Shown here: in pieces, positions 36,091 to 43,630 of the stretch
Layout: the number at the start of each line of letters is the position of its first letter
Numbering within the stretch: position 1 is the first letter of the stretch
IMG/VR virus record: IMGVR_UViG_3300047471_000949
Reading direction: 5' to 3' (one strand)
Origin: a virus
Taxonomy: Duplodnaviria; Heunggongvirae; Uroviricota; Caudoviricetes
Length of the DNA stretch: 57,059 nt
The notes under the pieces: generated by a model
The model's database searches: none
What the model saw: only the letters and a program-made list of their open reading frames with translations
What the model was told of the DNA's origin: nothing
Made by a program: the position numbers and the translations under genes

Positions 36091-36176
36091 GGAAGGTTAA
36101 CTCAACTGGGTTGAGGATGGTCTCGAAAACCAAACGCAGGGCAACCTGTGGCGTTCGATTCGTCAGCCTTCCTCCA
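36091..36176 (+). tRNA. tRNA-Ser(CGA)
   Basis: TGGT-ctcgaaa-ACCA; variable and T arms identical to the preceding tRNA. Confidence 0.9.
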
Positions 36177-36188
36177 ATAAATAATATT

Positions 36189-37058
36189 ATGGCAATCAAC
36201 GTTGCAGAAAAATATAATCTTGATATGACGGGGGGATCGGACAACTCCGACAAGCTCGCTACTATGGCTGCCGACATTGCTGCCATTCATGCTGCTAAAA
36301 AACCAATGCCGCTTCTTGTGTTTTCTGAAGGCGTTGTGTTGTTCGATCATTGGCCCAATCTTGCCTATGATGGACTTAAAATCTTTGCCGAAGGTGAATG
36401 TATTTTACGCCATACAGGAAAAGGTCATGCTGTGAACTTTGATGGCCCAGCAATTTATCCAGGAGACCAAGGCGGTCCTGATGGTCTTCAGTTTGAAGGT
36501 TTTATAATTGAACCGACAATGAATGGTGGTCATGGTTTTGTTATCAATTCGTGTCATCGTTCACGTTTTGATGTTTTTGTTCGATTAACAAGTGGCCCAA
36601 CAACAACAGATTTTAATGCAGCGATCAATATGGTTTTTGGTATTCTGACGGAAATTCGACCGCGTGTTAATGGTCATAAGACAAACTGTATTGGATTAGC
36701 GTTTGACTCACTACCAAATCGCCCTGATTTACCTCCGACCGCCAATCGTATTTCCTTGCCAATCTTGGAAGGGTGTGAATGGGGAACATATCTTGCGGCA
36801 GCTGCCTATACTAATTTTTATGATGGCAGTATTGAAGGCTGTGGCACAGGTATTGAGATAGACGACGGTGGCAATAATCATTTCATAATGGTCGAAATGG
36901 AAGGCAACAAAAATTATGATGCAGTCACCACCGCCAAAGCCCACGATAACCTTTTCTGGCATTGTGGAGAAGGACACCCATCAAAATTCAAATCCAGCTT
37001 CGCCGGTTGGAATAATCGCCTGGAACACGGCCCGCTTGATGGGTTGTTTGGACTATAA
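36189..37058 (+). CDS. Parallel beta-helix (pectin-lyase-like) protein
   Basis: N-terminal NV..YNLDMTGGSDNS motif; repeated beta-coil pattern; start reassigned to 36189. Confidence 0.6.
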   Translation: MAINVAEKYNLDMTGGSDNSDKLATMAADIAAIHAAKKPMPLLVFSEGVVLFDHWPNLAYDGLKIFAEGECILRHTGKGHAVNFDGPAIYPGDQGGPDGLQFEGFIIEPTMNGGHGFVINSCHRSRFDVFVRLTSGPTTTDFNAAINMVFGILTEIRPRVNGHKTNCIGLAFDSLPNRPDLPPTANRISLPILEGCEWGTYLAAAAYTNFYDGSIEGCGTGIEIDDGGNNHFIMVEMEGNKNYDAVTTAKAHDNLFWHCGEGHPSKFKSSFAGWNNRLEHGPLDGLFGL

Positions 37059-37066
37059 ATAATCAA

Positions 37067-37139
37067 AGCAGGGAGGATTGGTATCCCGCGAGGTCTCATA
37101 AGCCACGTCACGAGTGTTCGATTCACTCCTCTGCCACCA
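37067..37139 (+). tRNA. tRNA-Met(CAT), initiator-like
   Basis: A1xC72 mismatch; loop CTCATAA; short D-arm; ACCA. Confidence 0.75.
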
Positions 37140-37172
37140 CTATTAGGGTAAGGAAAACGAAAGGAGTAAATT

Positions 37173-37442
37173 ATGTTCCATATCTTTGTATTATTAACCA
37201 CGTTAATTGTATCTCCTGTTGGGCCTGCTGGCACACAGTTTGGCGCCCTACAATACCAAGCCAAAGCTTTTCCAACAGCCGAATCATGTCAACAATTCTT
37301 GGATAGTCCAGTATTTGCTGCCGATAAAGAATCTGGTCATGCCTATGTTGAAAATCAATTAAAGGAAGAGTTTAAAGGTCAGCTCAAGTATGATTATATT
37401 TGTTCGGACAAGGCGCTGCAAGAATTTACACCAAAAGAATAA
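37173..37442 (+). CDS. Secreted hypothetical protein
   Basis: AGGAG RBS; signal peptide; Cys pair. Confidence 0.65.
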   Translation: MFHIFVLLTTLIVSPVGPAGTQFGALQYQAKAFPTAESCQQFLDSPVFAADKESGHAYVENQLKEEFKGQLKYDYICSDKALQEFTPKE

Positions 37443-37524
37443 CTTGGTACTGCTCGTTTGTCACCTGAAGACATAGGATAGAGCAGCTAAGAGAAAGTAT
37501 GTGAAACTGCCAAGTTTTAATAAT

Positions 37525-37598
37525 GCGGGCTAAGGATTACGATAGTCTCTCGCGTTGCCAACGCGATGGCGCGGGTTTAACTCCCGCAGCCCGCACCA
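37525..37598 (+). tRNA. tRNA-Gly(GCC), A73
   Basis: TCGCG-ttgccaa-CGCGA; GCGGGCT/AGCCCGC-ACCA. Confidence 0.85.
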
Positions 37599-37611
37599 AT
37601 AAGGATATATT

Positions 37612-38439
37612 ATGCAACCTACCTTCCTAATGGTCCGACCAGAATACTTCCGAGTTGATTATTCAATAAATCCTTGGATGCACCCGGATGAATGGAAACT
37701 AGATTATAGCCAGCTAGCACAACAACAATGGAACCAGCTAAAAGGTAAAATAGAAGATGCTGGAGGAAAAGTTATAGTAGAACACGGCCAACCAGACTGT
37801 CCTGATATGTGTTTTGTCGCTAATGCTGGTGTTGTTCTTGATAATAAAGCGTTAGCATCATCGTTTGTACATCCTGAAAGACAAACCGAAGAAGCACGAT
37901 GGTATCGTATCTTTTATAAATCACTGTTTATAGACAACGTATATTTTACGGCTTATTATGGGAGATATATTCCATTCGAGGGAGCTGGAGACTGTTTATG
38001 GGATTCCACCAGAAAAACATTTTGGTTAGGCCACGGAATTCGGAGTGATATTGAGGCAACCGCTGAAGTTATTAAGGCCTTTCACAAACCAGTTAAACCT
38101 TTACAATTGATCGATCCCCGTTTTTATCATCTCGATATGGCGATGTGTATTCTGCCGCACGGCGAGATACTAAATAATCCTGAAGCATTTGATACCGATT
38201 CACGCAAAATCTTATCTTTACAAGAAAACATTTTCGTTTCCGAAGCCGACGCTTTGGCGTTTGCCTGCAATTTAGTAGCAGTTAATGATAGTTTGATCGT
38301 CAATAATGGTATATCCGAGGAATTGTTTAACGAACTGACTGTGCGAGGTTATACTGTTATACAAACCGATTTTTCAGCCTTTATAAAAGCGGGAGGAGCC
38401 GCCTCTTGTCTAACCCTTAGATTGGATAATAAATCATGA
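37612..38439 (+). CDS. Amidinotransferase/pentein-family hydrolase (arginine dihydrolase ArgZ-N / DDAH-like)
   Basis: FLMVRPEYFRVDYSINPWM, PDMCFVANAG, FEGAGD, PRFYHLD, FIKAGGAASCLTL. Confidence 0.88.
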   Translation: MQPTFLMVRPEYFRVDYSINPWMHPDEWKLDYSQLAQQQWNQLKGKIEDAGGKVIVEHGQPDCPDMCFVANAGVVLDNKALASSFVHPERQTEEARWYRIFYKSLFIDNVYFTAYYGRYIPFEGAGDCLWDSTRKTFWLGHGIRSDIEATAEVIKAFHKPVKPLQLIDPRFYHLDMAMCILPHGEILNNPEAFDTDSRKILSLQENIFVSEADALAFACNLVAVNDSLIVNNGISEELFNELTVRGYTVIQTDFSAFIKAGGAASCLTLRLDNKS

Positions 38440-39251
38440 CCAAACGACCTGCTGTTTTTGTTCTTGCTGCTACTAATCATGGACCTATGATCTTAAGTCA
38501 TTTAGATGATTTCAAAATCACTGTAGAACACGAAGGTAAAGATGTAACCAATGAATATGGTGTTGGTTACGAACTTTTAAGAGATTCTGAATATGGGATG
38601 TTTGAAGCTCAGCTTTTCAAAGATGCTATTACATATCGAAGAGCTAGCCGTGGCGATGGAGTTGTTGCTATAGATTGTGGAGCTAATATTGGAGTTTTCA
38701 CAGTCGAGTTGGCCAAATATATGACTGGCTGGGGTAATGTAATTGCTTTCGAAGCACAAGAGCGAATATTTTATGCTCTCGCCGGAAATATAGCACTTAA
38801 TAATGTATTTAATGCCACAGCTATGAATGTCGCAGTTGGCGAGAAAGTTGGGCTACTAGAAATTCCAACGTTGGACTATACTATTCCTTCATCGTTTGGT
38901 TCGCTTGAAATTAAACCACTTCCAGCCCGAGAAATAATAGGTCAAGACGTAAATTATGATGACCATTTAACCAAAGTCGCTAGCTTTACTATTGATTCCT
39001 TGAATTTGGAAAGAGTTGATCTAATAAAACTAGACATTGAAGGAATGGAACTTGATGCTCTAAAAGGTTGTGATTCAACTATTCATCGCCATCATCCGAT
39101 CATTTATGCGGAATATCATAAAGTTGGAGAACAACCAATTAAAGATTTCATAGAAGATTATGGTTATAAAACCTATCATAATAATCGAAGTCTAATTTGT
39201 CTTCATGAAAGTGATGATATAAATTTAACAATAGTAGAACAAAAGCCTTAG
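38436..39251 (+). CDS. FkbM-family SAM methyltransferase
   Basis: IDCGANIGVF, IAFEAQ, DLIKLDIEGME. Confidence 0.9.
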   Translation: MTKRPAVFVLAATNHGPMILSHLDDFKITVEHEGKDVTNEYGVGYELLRDSEYGMFEAQLFKDAITYRRASRGDGVVAIDCGANIGVFTVELAKYMTGWGNVIAFEAQERIFYALAGNIALNNVFNATAMNVAVGEKVGLLEIPTLDYTIPSSFGSLEIKPLPAREIIGQDVNYDDHLTKVASFTIDSLNLERVDLIKLDIEGMELDALKGCDSTIHRHHPIIYAEYHKVGEQPIKDFIEDYGYKTYHNNRSLICLHESDDINLTIVEQKP

Positions 39252-39319
39252 TAGCTCAGTGGTAGAGCGCATGCCTGAAGAGCATGGCGTCGGTGGTTCG
39301 ATTCCATCCTAAGGCACCA
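39245..39319 (+). tRNA. tRNA-Phe(GAA)
   Basis: CATGC-ctgaaga-GCATG; canonical. Confidence 0.93.
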
Positions 39320-39322
39320 TTT

Positions 39323-39399
39323 GGGGGTATCGTCTAGTATCTCAGGACACCGTTCTCTCAAGACGGAAACAGGAATTGATTCATTCCTTACCCCTACCA
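39323..39399 (+). tRNA. tRNA-Glu(CTC)
   Basis: CCGTT-ctctcaa-GACGG; degenerate T-loop; ACCA. Confidence 0.8.
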
Positions 39400-39402
39400 A
39401 TC

Positions 39403-39686
39403 TTTTCAAGCCTAGATGATCGAGCTACGGCTAGGAAACTCCGGACTTCTAATGCACAAGTAGCGGGTAACTCCCGTCCACCGTGAGGTGAGGATTAGAA
39501 TCACAGAGACGAGTAAAGTGAAACGCGATAATCTCTACTTGAAGCAACCCCAAGTTCTCCGACGAGTGTGCATTCTCATTTCTTAAATGGATGTTAGGTA
39601 ATGGTAGGGGGCAAAGAATTCAACAGTAATGTTGAATCAAGACGAATGATCATCGTTATACAAAATCCGGGTTATTGGCTTGAAAA
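39403..39686 (+). ncRNA. rnpB: RNase P RNA (compact, bacterial type)
   Basis: P1 TTTTCAAGCC/GGCTTGAAAA; GGAAACTCCGGAC and ACAAAATCCGGGTTA form P4 with bulged U and a compensatory swap; CACAGAGAC, GTGAAAC and GAAGCAA conserved regions. Confidence 0.88.
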
Positions 39687-39884
39687 TTAATACGAGACCT
39701 CGATACTACGAATGACCGCATCAATATCGGTTTTCCAATAGTTAAGGAACCGATGGACTCTAGGTAATTGTGGAATTTCATCGTCGATCTGCCAATAAAA
39801 TTCCTGTAAGATATTGACAAAGTCAGGCCTGTAGTATAAAATACCTACTGTTACCAATTCTCGACGTTGAATTTTAATAAGCAC
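39687..39884 (-). CDS. usg: Usg-family protein
   Basis: ILYYRPD...LQEFYWQIDDEIPQLPRVHRFLNYW...I. Confidence 0.8.
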   Translation of the reverse strand: MLIKIQRRELVTVGILYYRPDFVNILQEFYWQIDDEIPQLPRVHRFLNYWKTDIDAVIRSIEVSY

Positions 39885-39896
39885 AGGTTATTTATT

Positions 39897-39974
39897 ATGC
39901 TTGAAATTACTGAAAACTATATAAATCTTTCCAAACAAGAAAGACAAAATCATTTAGATTTGTCTGAAGCTTGA
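39897..39974 (+). pseudogene. N-terminal remnant of an HNH nuclease paralogous to 33573-33905
   Basis: ITENYINLSKQERQNHLDLSEA* aligns with IDTHILKSKTERQSHLNLLEDC. Confidence 0.65.
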
Positions 39975-40010
39975 TCTTGGTTGGAAAAAAGGTAGATTAC
40001 CTTATAATTA

Positions 40011-40093
40011 GGTCACGTAGCCGAACTAGCCTGCGAAGTTAGTAACCGTAACTGGAGCTGGAAATAGGAGTTCGAATCTCCTCGTGATCGCCA
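40011..40093 (+). tRNA. Rearranged tRNA-like RNA, Arg anticodon GCG
   Basis: GGTCACG/CGTGATC-GCCA; ACTAGC-ctgcgaa-GTTAGT; CCGTAACTGGAGCTG; canonical T-arm; no canonical D-arm. Confidence 0.8.
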
Positions 40094-40094
40094 T

Positions 40095-40178
40095 GGTCCA
40101 CTAGCCGACGTGCGCTTCGAACGCATGACACCGTAACTGGAGCTGAAAATGCGGGTTCGAGTCCTGCGTGGATCGCCA
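40095..40178 (+). tRNA. Rearranged tRNA-like RNA, Arg anticodon TCG
   Basis: GGTCCAC/GTGGATC-GCCA; GTGCG-cttcgaa-CGCAT; CCGTAACTGGAGCTG; T-arm. Confidence 0.8.
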
Positions 40179-40198
40179 TTATCAATACCCTATTCATC

Positions 40199-41320
40199 TT
40201 AAAAATCTATAGCTGCTCTTCTAGGAAGTATGTCCCGTAAATTCCGTCCCCGTTTTTTTATCACTATTGTATGGGATGGAATATAACCAAAATATCGTGT
40301 TTCTTTTCTACCACGTAGATTCCGTCTTTTAACTTTTCGCACTTCAAGCCCCATTGCATGAGCCATTCCTGCTATTGAGACTTGTTTCCAACCAGTTGCG
40401 GCGAGAATTTCTTCTTTAGTAGTTCCCTTCGGATTGATTAATAGATCATAGACAATTTTGTTTTTACCAACATGACGCTTAACTTGTTTAATAGCATTAT
40501 TCAGAGCCGCTGCAGCTTCCCTTCTGCCAACTGGCCGGCCAAATCCGCCGCGCGCAAATAAACTTTTTCGCAAATGTTCTGGGGGTTCTACAGGACGTAC
40601 AACTTGTCGTAACGGCTTTGGTGCTGGGGGGCGGACAATCGGGTGATCAAAAACAAACTGGAATTGGCGAGGCGCACGAGGTGGCGCAGCTTCCTCAGCA
40701 CTATTTCCATAAGCTACCGGATCAGTTAATACTGGTACTTTTCCTCGCCACATAATATTAGCATCGTGTAGATCAAAATTAGCACCAGTTGGATCAATAA
40801 CGTGCTTCTGTATATCATCTAAGGCCTTGGCTAATTGTGCTCGACCGTGAAATATTGGTTCTAGTTTTTTATTTAATTCTTTAATCCGCCGAATAGTGTT
40901 GTCGTTACGATTTCCTTTAAACTTAAGATCAGAAACCTCCCTGCGTAAATCCCTCATAGTGTATATATAAGTATTGATATCTTTTGTGTCCTCTTGTTGC
41001 CGCTCACTCCGATCATTATATGGCTGAAGTTTCTCCATTCGGACTGCTGTATAATTCTTATTAACCCGCATAGGCAATCCGCGTAATTTAGGAAAATGTG
41101 GATTATCCGGCTGCGATTGGACCAATTTCAGGAACCGTTTATAGGCGTGGTCTCGGTCCTGAAACAGCTTCAAGACATAAGGTTTACCCTGCCTGCCATA
41201 AACAGAGGCAAACATACCACCGCCCAGACGTCGCCATCCAGCAGCCTTTAATCGGACTTCGGCATCGTTAACGCCTACGGGCAACGACAGTTCACTGATA
41301 ATTGATCGAAGTCTTTTCAT
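40199..41320 (-). CDS. T7 gp0.7-like Ser/Thr protein kinase with C-terminal DUF3489-like HTH region
   Basis: LGGGMFASVY, YVLKLF, NPHFPKL, VRMEKL, DLHDANIM, LTDPV; C-terminal LLINPKGTTKEEILAATGWKQVS; start reassigned to 41320. Confidence 0.8.
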   Translation of the reverse strand: MKRLRSIISELSLPVGVNDAEVRLKAAGWRRLGGGMFASVYGRQGKPYVLKLFQDRDHAYKRFLKLVQSQPDNPHFPKLRGLPMRVNKNYTAVRMEKLQPYNDRSERQQEDTKDINTYIYTMRDLRREVSDLKFKGNRNDNTIRRIKELNKKLEPIFHGRAQLAKALDDIQKHVIDPTGANFDLHDANIMWRGKVPVLTDPVAYGNSAEEAAPPRAPRQFQFVFDHPIVRPPAPKPLRQVVRPVEPPEHLRKSLFARGGFGRPVGRREAAAALNNAIKQVKRHVGKNKIVYDLLINPKGTTKEEILAATGWKQVSIAGMAHAMGLEVRKVKRRNLRGRKETRYFGYIPSHTIVIKKRGRNLRDILPRRAAIDF

Positions 41321-41337
41321 CGTTATATTTACTTTAT

Positions 41338-41412
41338 TGGGGATTAGGCTAACTGGCAAACCATCGGACTCTGACTCCGAATTTCGTGGTTCAAATCCAC
41401 GATCCCCAACCA
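41338..41412 (+). tRNA. tRNA-Gln(CTG)
   Basis: TCGGA-ctctgac-TCCGA; U1-A72. Confidence 0.92.
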
Positions 41413-41529
41413 AAAACAGTTGTTGACATCTGGTGTAGGTCCTGTTATAAATAAGATGAACGACTACTTTAACACTATTCAAAGGAGCAACAGCTATGAC
41501 GAAGTAACCTAAACAAAAGGAGAAAAGTC

Positions 41530-41748
41530 ATGGTTGTTGCCAAACTTAAAAAGGCAAAAAAGTCTAAGAAGCAGCGCAAACACGGCCGCGCCCATCGTGG
41601 TCAGGATTACGCAAAGCTTTATAAGCTTCGCCATACCCGCGAGCATAACAAGGTCCGTCATCTTAATAAGCATATACTGAGACATCCAAACGACGATTGT
41701 GCAGTACGAGCTATCGATAACGCGATGAAAGTTATTCGAGGGTTTTAA
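41530..41748 (+). CDS. Small basic phage protein
   Basis: AGGAG RBS; KHILRHPND..A..AI motif. Confidence 0.7.
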   Translation: MVVAKLKKAKKSKKQRKHGRAHRGQDYAKLYKLRHTREHNKVRHLNKHILRHPNDDCAVRAIDNAMKVIRGF

Positions 41749-41831
41749 GGTCGCCTAGCCGAGCTGAGCTTCTACCTCAGTAACCGTAATTGGAGCTGAA
41801 AATGCGGGTCCGAATCCTGCGGCGATCGCCA
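41749..41831 (+). tRNA. Rearranged tRNA-like RNA, Arg anticodon TCT
   Basis: GGTCGCC/GGCGATC-GCCA; GCTGAG-cttctac-CTCAGT; CCGTAATTGGAGCTG; T-loop TCCGAAT. Confidence 0.8.
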
Positions 41832-41834
41832 ATT

Positions 41835-41911
41835 GCTCTAGTATCTGTCCTGTCTCCTAAACAGGTACCAGTAATGGAAGAATGCGAGTCCGATTCTCGC
41901 CTAGAGCCCCA
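41835..41911 (+). tRNA. Rearranged tRNA-like RNA, Arg anticodon CCT
   Basis: GCTCTAG/CTAGAGC-CCCA; CCTGT-ctcctaa-ACAGG; CCA-gtaa-TGG; T-loop TCCGATT. Confidence 0.78.
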
Positions 41912-42039
41912 ATAAGGAGTGACCAAAATGTTCTGGTTTCTGATAATATTTTTTCTTGTATTGGTTCTTGCAGCGGGTGGCACCAGCGGCAGTGGACCAT
42001 TTCATGGCAGGCCTGGCGGTGGTCCTGATGAGTAATTAC

Positions 42040-42126
42040 GGAGTGACCAATCAGCAAGGAGCTGAGGGGACCTGCTAAGTCCATCGTACCGAGAGGTATT
42101 CGGATCGAAACCGAGGCATTCCGCCA
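42040..42126 (+). tRNA. tRNA-Ser(GCT)
   Basis: GGAC-ctgctaa-GTCC; long variable arm; GCCA. Confidence 0.85.
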
Positions 42127-42153
42127 ATATAAATAAACCAAAGGAGAAATATT

Positions 42154-42309
42154 ATGTTAGGATTAGTATTACTTGTTTTTGCTTTTGTATGTTTTGTATT
42201 AGGTGCCTTTAATGTTGGTGCCCGCTGGAATTTAGTTTCGGCTGGATTAGCGTTTTGGGTCGCAAGCTTGATTTTCGCAGGCGCACAAGGCGCACATCTA
42301 TTACATTAA
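42154..42309 (+). CDS. Small two-TM membrane protein (51 aa, not in ORF track)
   Basis: TATAAATA, AGGAG RBS, MLGLVLLVFAFVCFVLGAF..RWNLVSAGLAFW. Confidence 0.7.
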   Translation: MLGLVLLVFAFVCFVLGAFNVGARWNLVSAGLAFWVASLIFAGAQGAHLLH

Positions 42310-42314
42310 ATAAC

Positions 42315-42389
42315 GCGGGCGTGGTATATAGGCTGTTGCCCTGGGTTTCCATTCCAGAGAAGTGGGTTCGAGTCCCACCGTCCGTTCCA
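42315..42389 (+). tRNA. tRNA-Gly(TCC)
   Basis: CTGGG-tttccat-TCCAG; U73-CCA. Confidence 0.88.
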
Positions 42390-42392
42390 TAT

Positions 42393-42466
42393 AGGGGATT
42401 CGTTTAGTGGTAAGACAACAGACTTTGAATCTGTTTTCGAGGGTTCGATTCCTTCATCCCCCGCCA
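42393..42466 (+). tRNA. tRNA-Gln(TTG)
   Basis: ACAGA-ctttgaa-TCTGT; GCCA. Confidence 0.9.
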
Positions 42467-42480
42467 TTTAAGGAGAAAAA

Positions 42481-43050
42481 ATGAGAAAGACACTTATCGC
42501 ATTAGCAGTAGTTCTGATGGCTTCAACAGCTTTCGCCCAACACGGTGGAGGCGGTCACGGCGGGGGAGGCGGTGGTGGAGGCGGCTATCACGGCGGAGGC
42601 GGCGGAGGTGGACAATTCCACGGTGGAGGTGGCGGAGGCCAGTTTCATGGCGGAGGAGGCGGGGGATTTCATCCCCAACCACAACCGCATTATAATCCGC
42701 AACCACACTATAACCCACAACCCCATTATCAGCCACAACCTCATTTTCAACCACATGTAGTGCCACACGTTGCGCCGCATTTTAATCCACAACCATTCCA
42801 TCACGAGGATCATGGTAATATTCACCACGGACCCGATTTCAATCACGAGGACCACGGCGATCACTTTTTCCATCATGGACAGTTTCATCACGAACACGGG
42901 GACTTCTTCTTCCACGAACGGCACTTCGGCTTTCATAACTGGTGGAACGGATACGAGGTCTATTTTGACGACCCTGATTCCTGTACAGGATGGTATTGGA
43001 ATTATGAATGGGTTCCTGTCAATATCTGTGATGACTATTATGGAGATTAA
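42481..43050 (+). CDS. Secreted low-complexity Gly/Pro/His-rich protein
   Basis: Signal peptide; HGGGGGG, PQPHYN and HEDHG repeats. Confidence 0.75.
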   Translation: MRKTLIALAVVLMASTAFAQHGGGGHGGGGGGGGGYHGGGGGGGQFHGGGGGGQFHGGGGGGFHPQPQPHYNPQPHYNPQPHYQPQPHFQPHVVPHVAPHFNPQPFHHEDHGNIHHGPDFNHEDHGDHFFHHGQFHHEHGDFFFHERHFGFHNWWNGYEVYFDDPDSCTGWYWNYEWVPVNICDDYYGD

Positions 43051-43125
43051 GGCGGTATAGTTCAGTGGGAGAACAGGCGGCTCATATCCGCTAATGAGTA
43101 GGTTCGATTCCTACTTCCGCTACCA
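43051..43125 (+). tRNA. tRNA-Met(CAT), elongator (or Ile2)
   Basis: GCGG-ctcatat-CCGC; canonical arms. Confidence 0.88.
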
Positions 43126-43132
43126 AATTAAT

Positions 43133-43204
43133 GCTGCGTGCTGGAGGACAGGGGGTTGGCTGTGAACCAATTTCAGTAACGTTCAATTCGTTAGCGCAGT
43201 ACCA
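43133..43204 (+). tRNA. tRNA-His(GTG), alphaproteobacterial type (no G-1, G1-U72, A73)
   Basis: GTTGG-ctgtgaa-CCAAT; GCTGCGT/GCGCAGT-ACCA; base -1 is T; short D-arm. Confidence 0.82.
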
Positions 43205-43237
43205 AATCACTATAAATAGAGGGAGGAGAGACTATAA

Positions 43238-43585
43238 ATGACATCTTTAGGAATTACAGCAGCTTCGGTTGCAGCTTTAGCATTGGTTGCTCAGCTTTCG
43301 TTTTGTGGGCAAACAGTTGATCTAGCATCAATCGATAGTATCGCAACAACGCTTTGCAAGTTTGCACCAGACCTGGACACCGTAAACGCATTTATCAATG
43401 CCAATGGATCATTGAAAACTGCTACCGCGATTGCTCAGGAAGTGTGTAAGCTTTATCTTGCATCACAAGGCACAACAACTGTGGCTGGCCAAAAGCTAGG
43501 AGCAGCTGCACCTGGAACAGACGTGAAATTCGTTGTTCTTTATAACGGCAAGGCAATTACTGTTTCTGGTAAAGTAACACAGTAA
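43238..43585 (+). CDS. Hypothetical exported protein
   Basis: TATAAATA, GGAGG RBS, hydrophobic N-terminus. Confidence 0.65.
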   Translation: MTSLGITAASVAALALVAQLSFCGQTVDLASIDSIATTLCKFAPDLDTVNAFINANGSLKTATAIAQEVCKLYLASQGTTTVAGQKLGAAAPGTDVKFVVLYNGKAITVSGKVTQ

Positions 43586-43630
43586 AACAGTTCTTGACAA
43601 AGAACCGCTTTTAGACTACACTATCAAGAA

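Noticed and set aside
36057-36188. N-terminal extension of ORF 36057-37058
   Set aside because: Overlaps two tRNA-Ser genes; the real start is most likely ATG 36189.
37441-37516. Hammerhead ribozyme (CTGAAGA...GAAAC)
   Set aside because: No stem I and no correctly placed NUH cleavage triplet pairing with GAAAC.
41321-41482. N-terminal extension of the kinase ORF
   Set aside because: Antisense to tRNA-Gln and a promoter; ATG at 41320 is more plausible.
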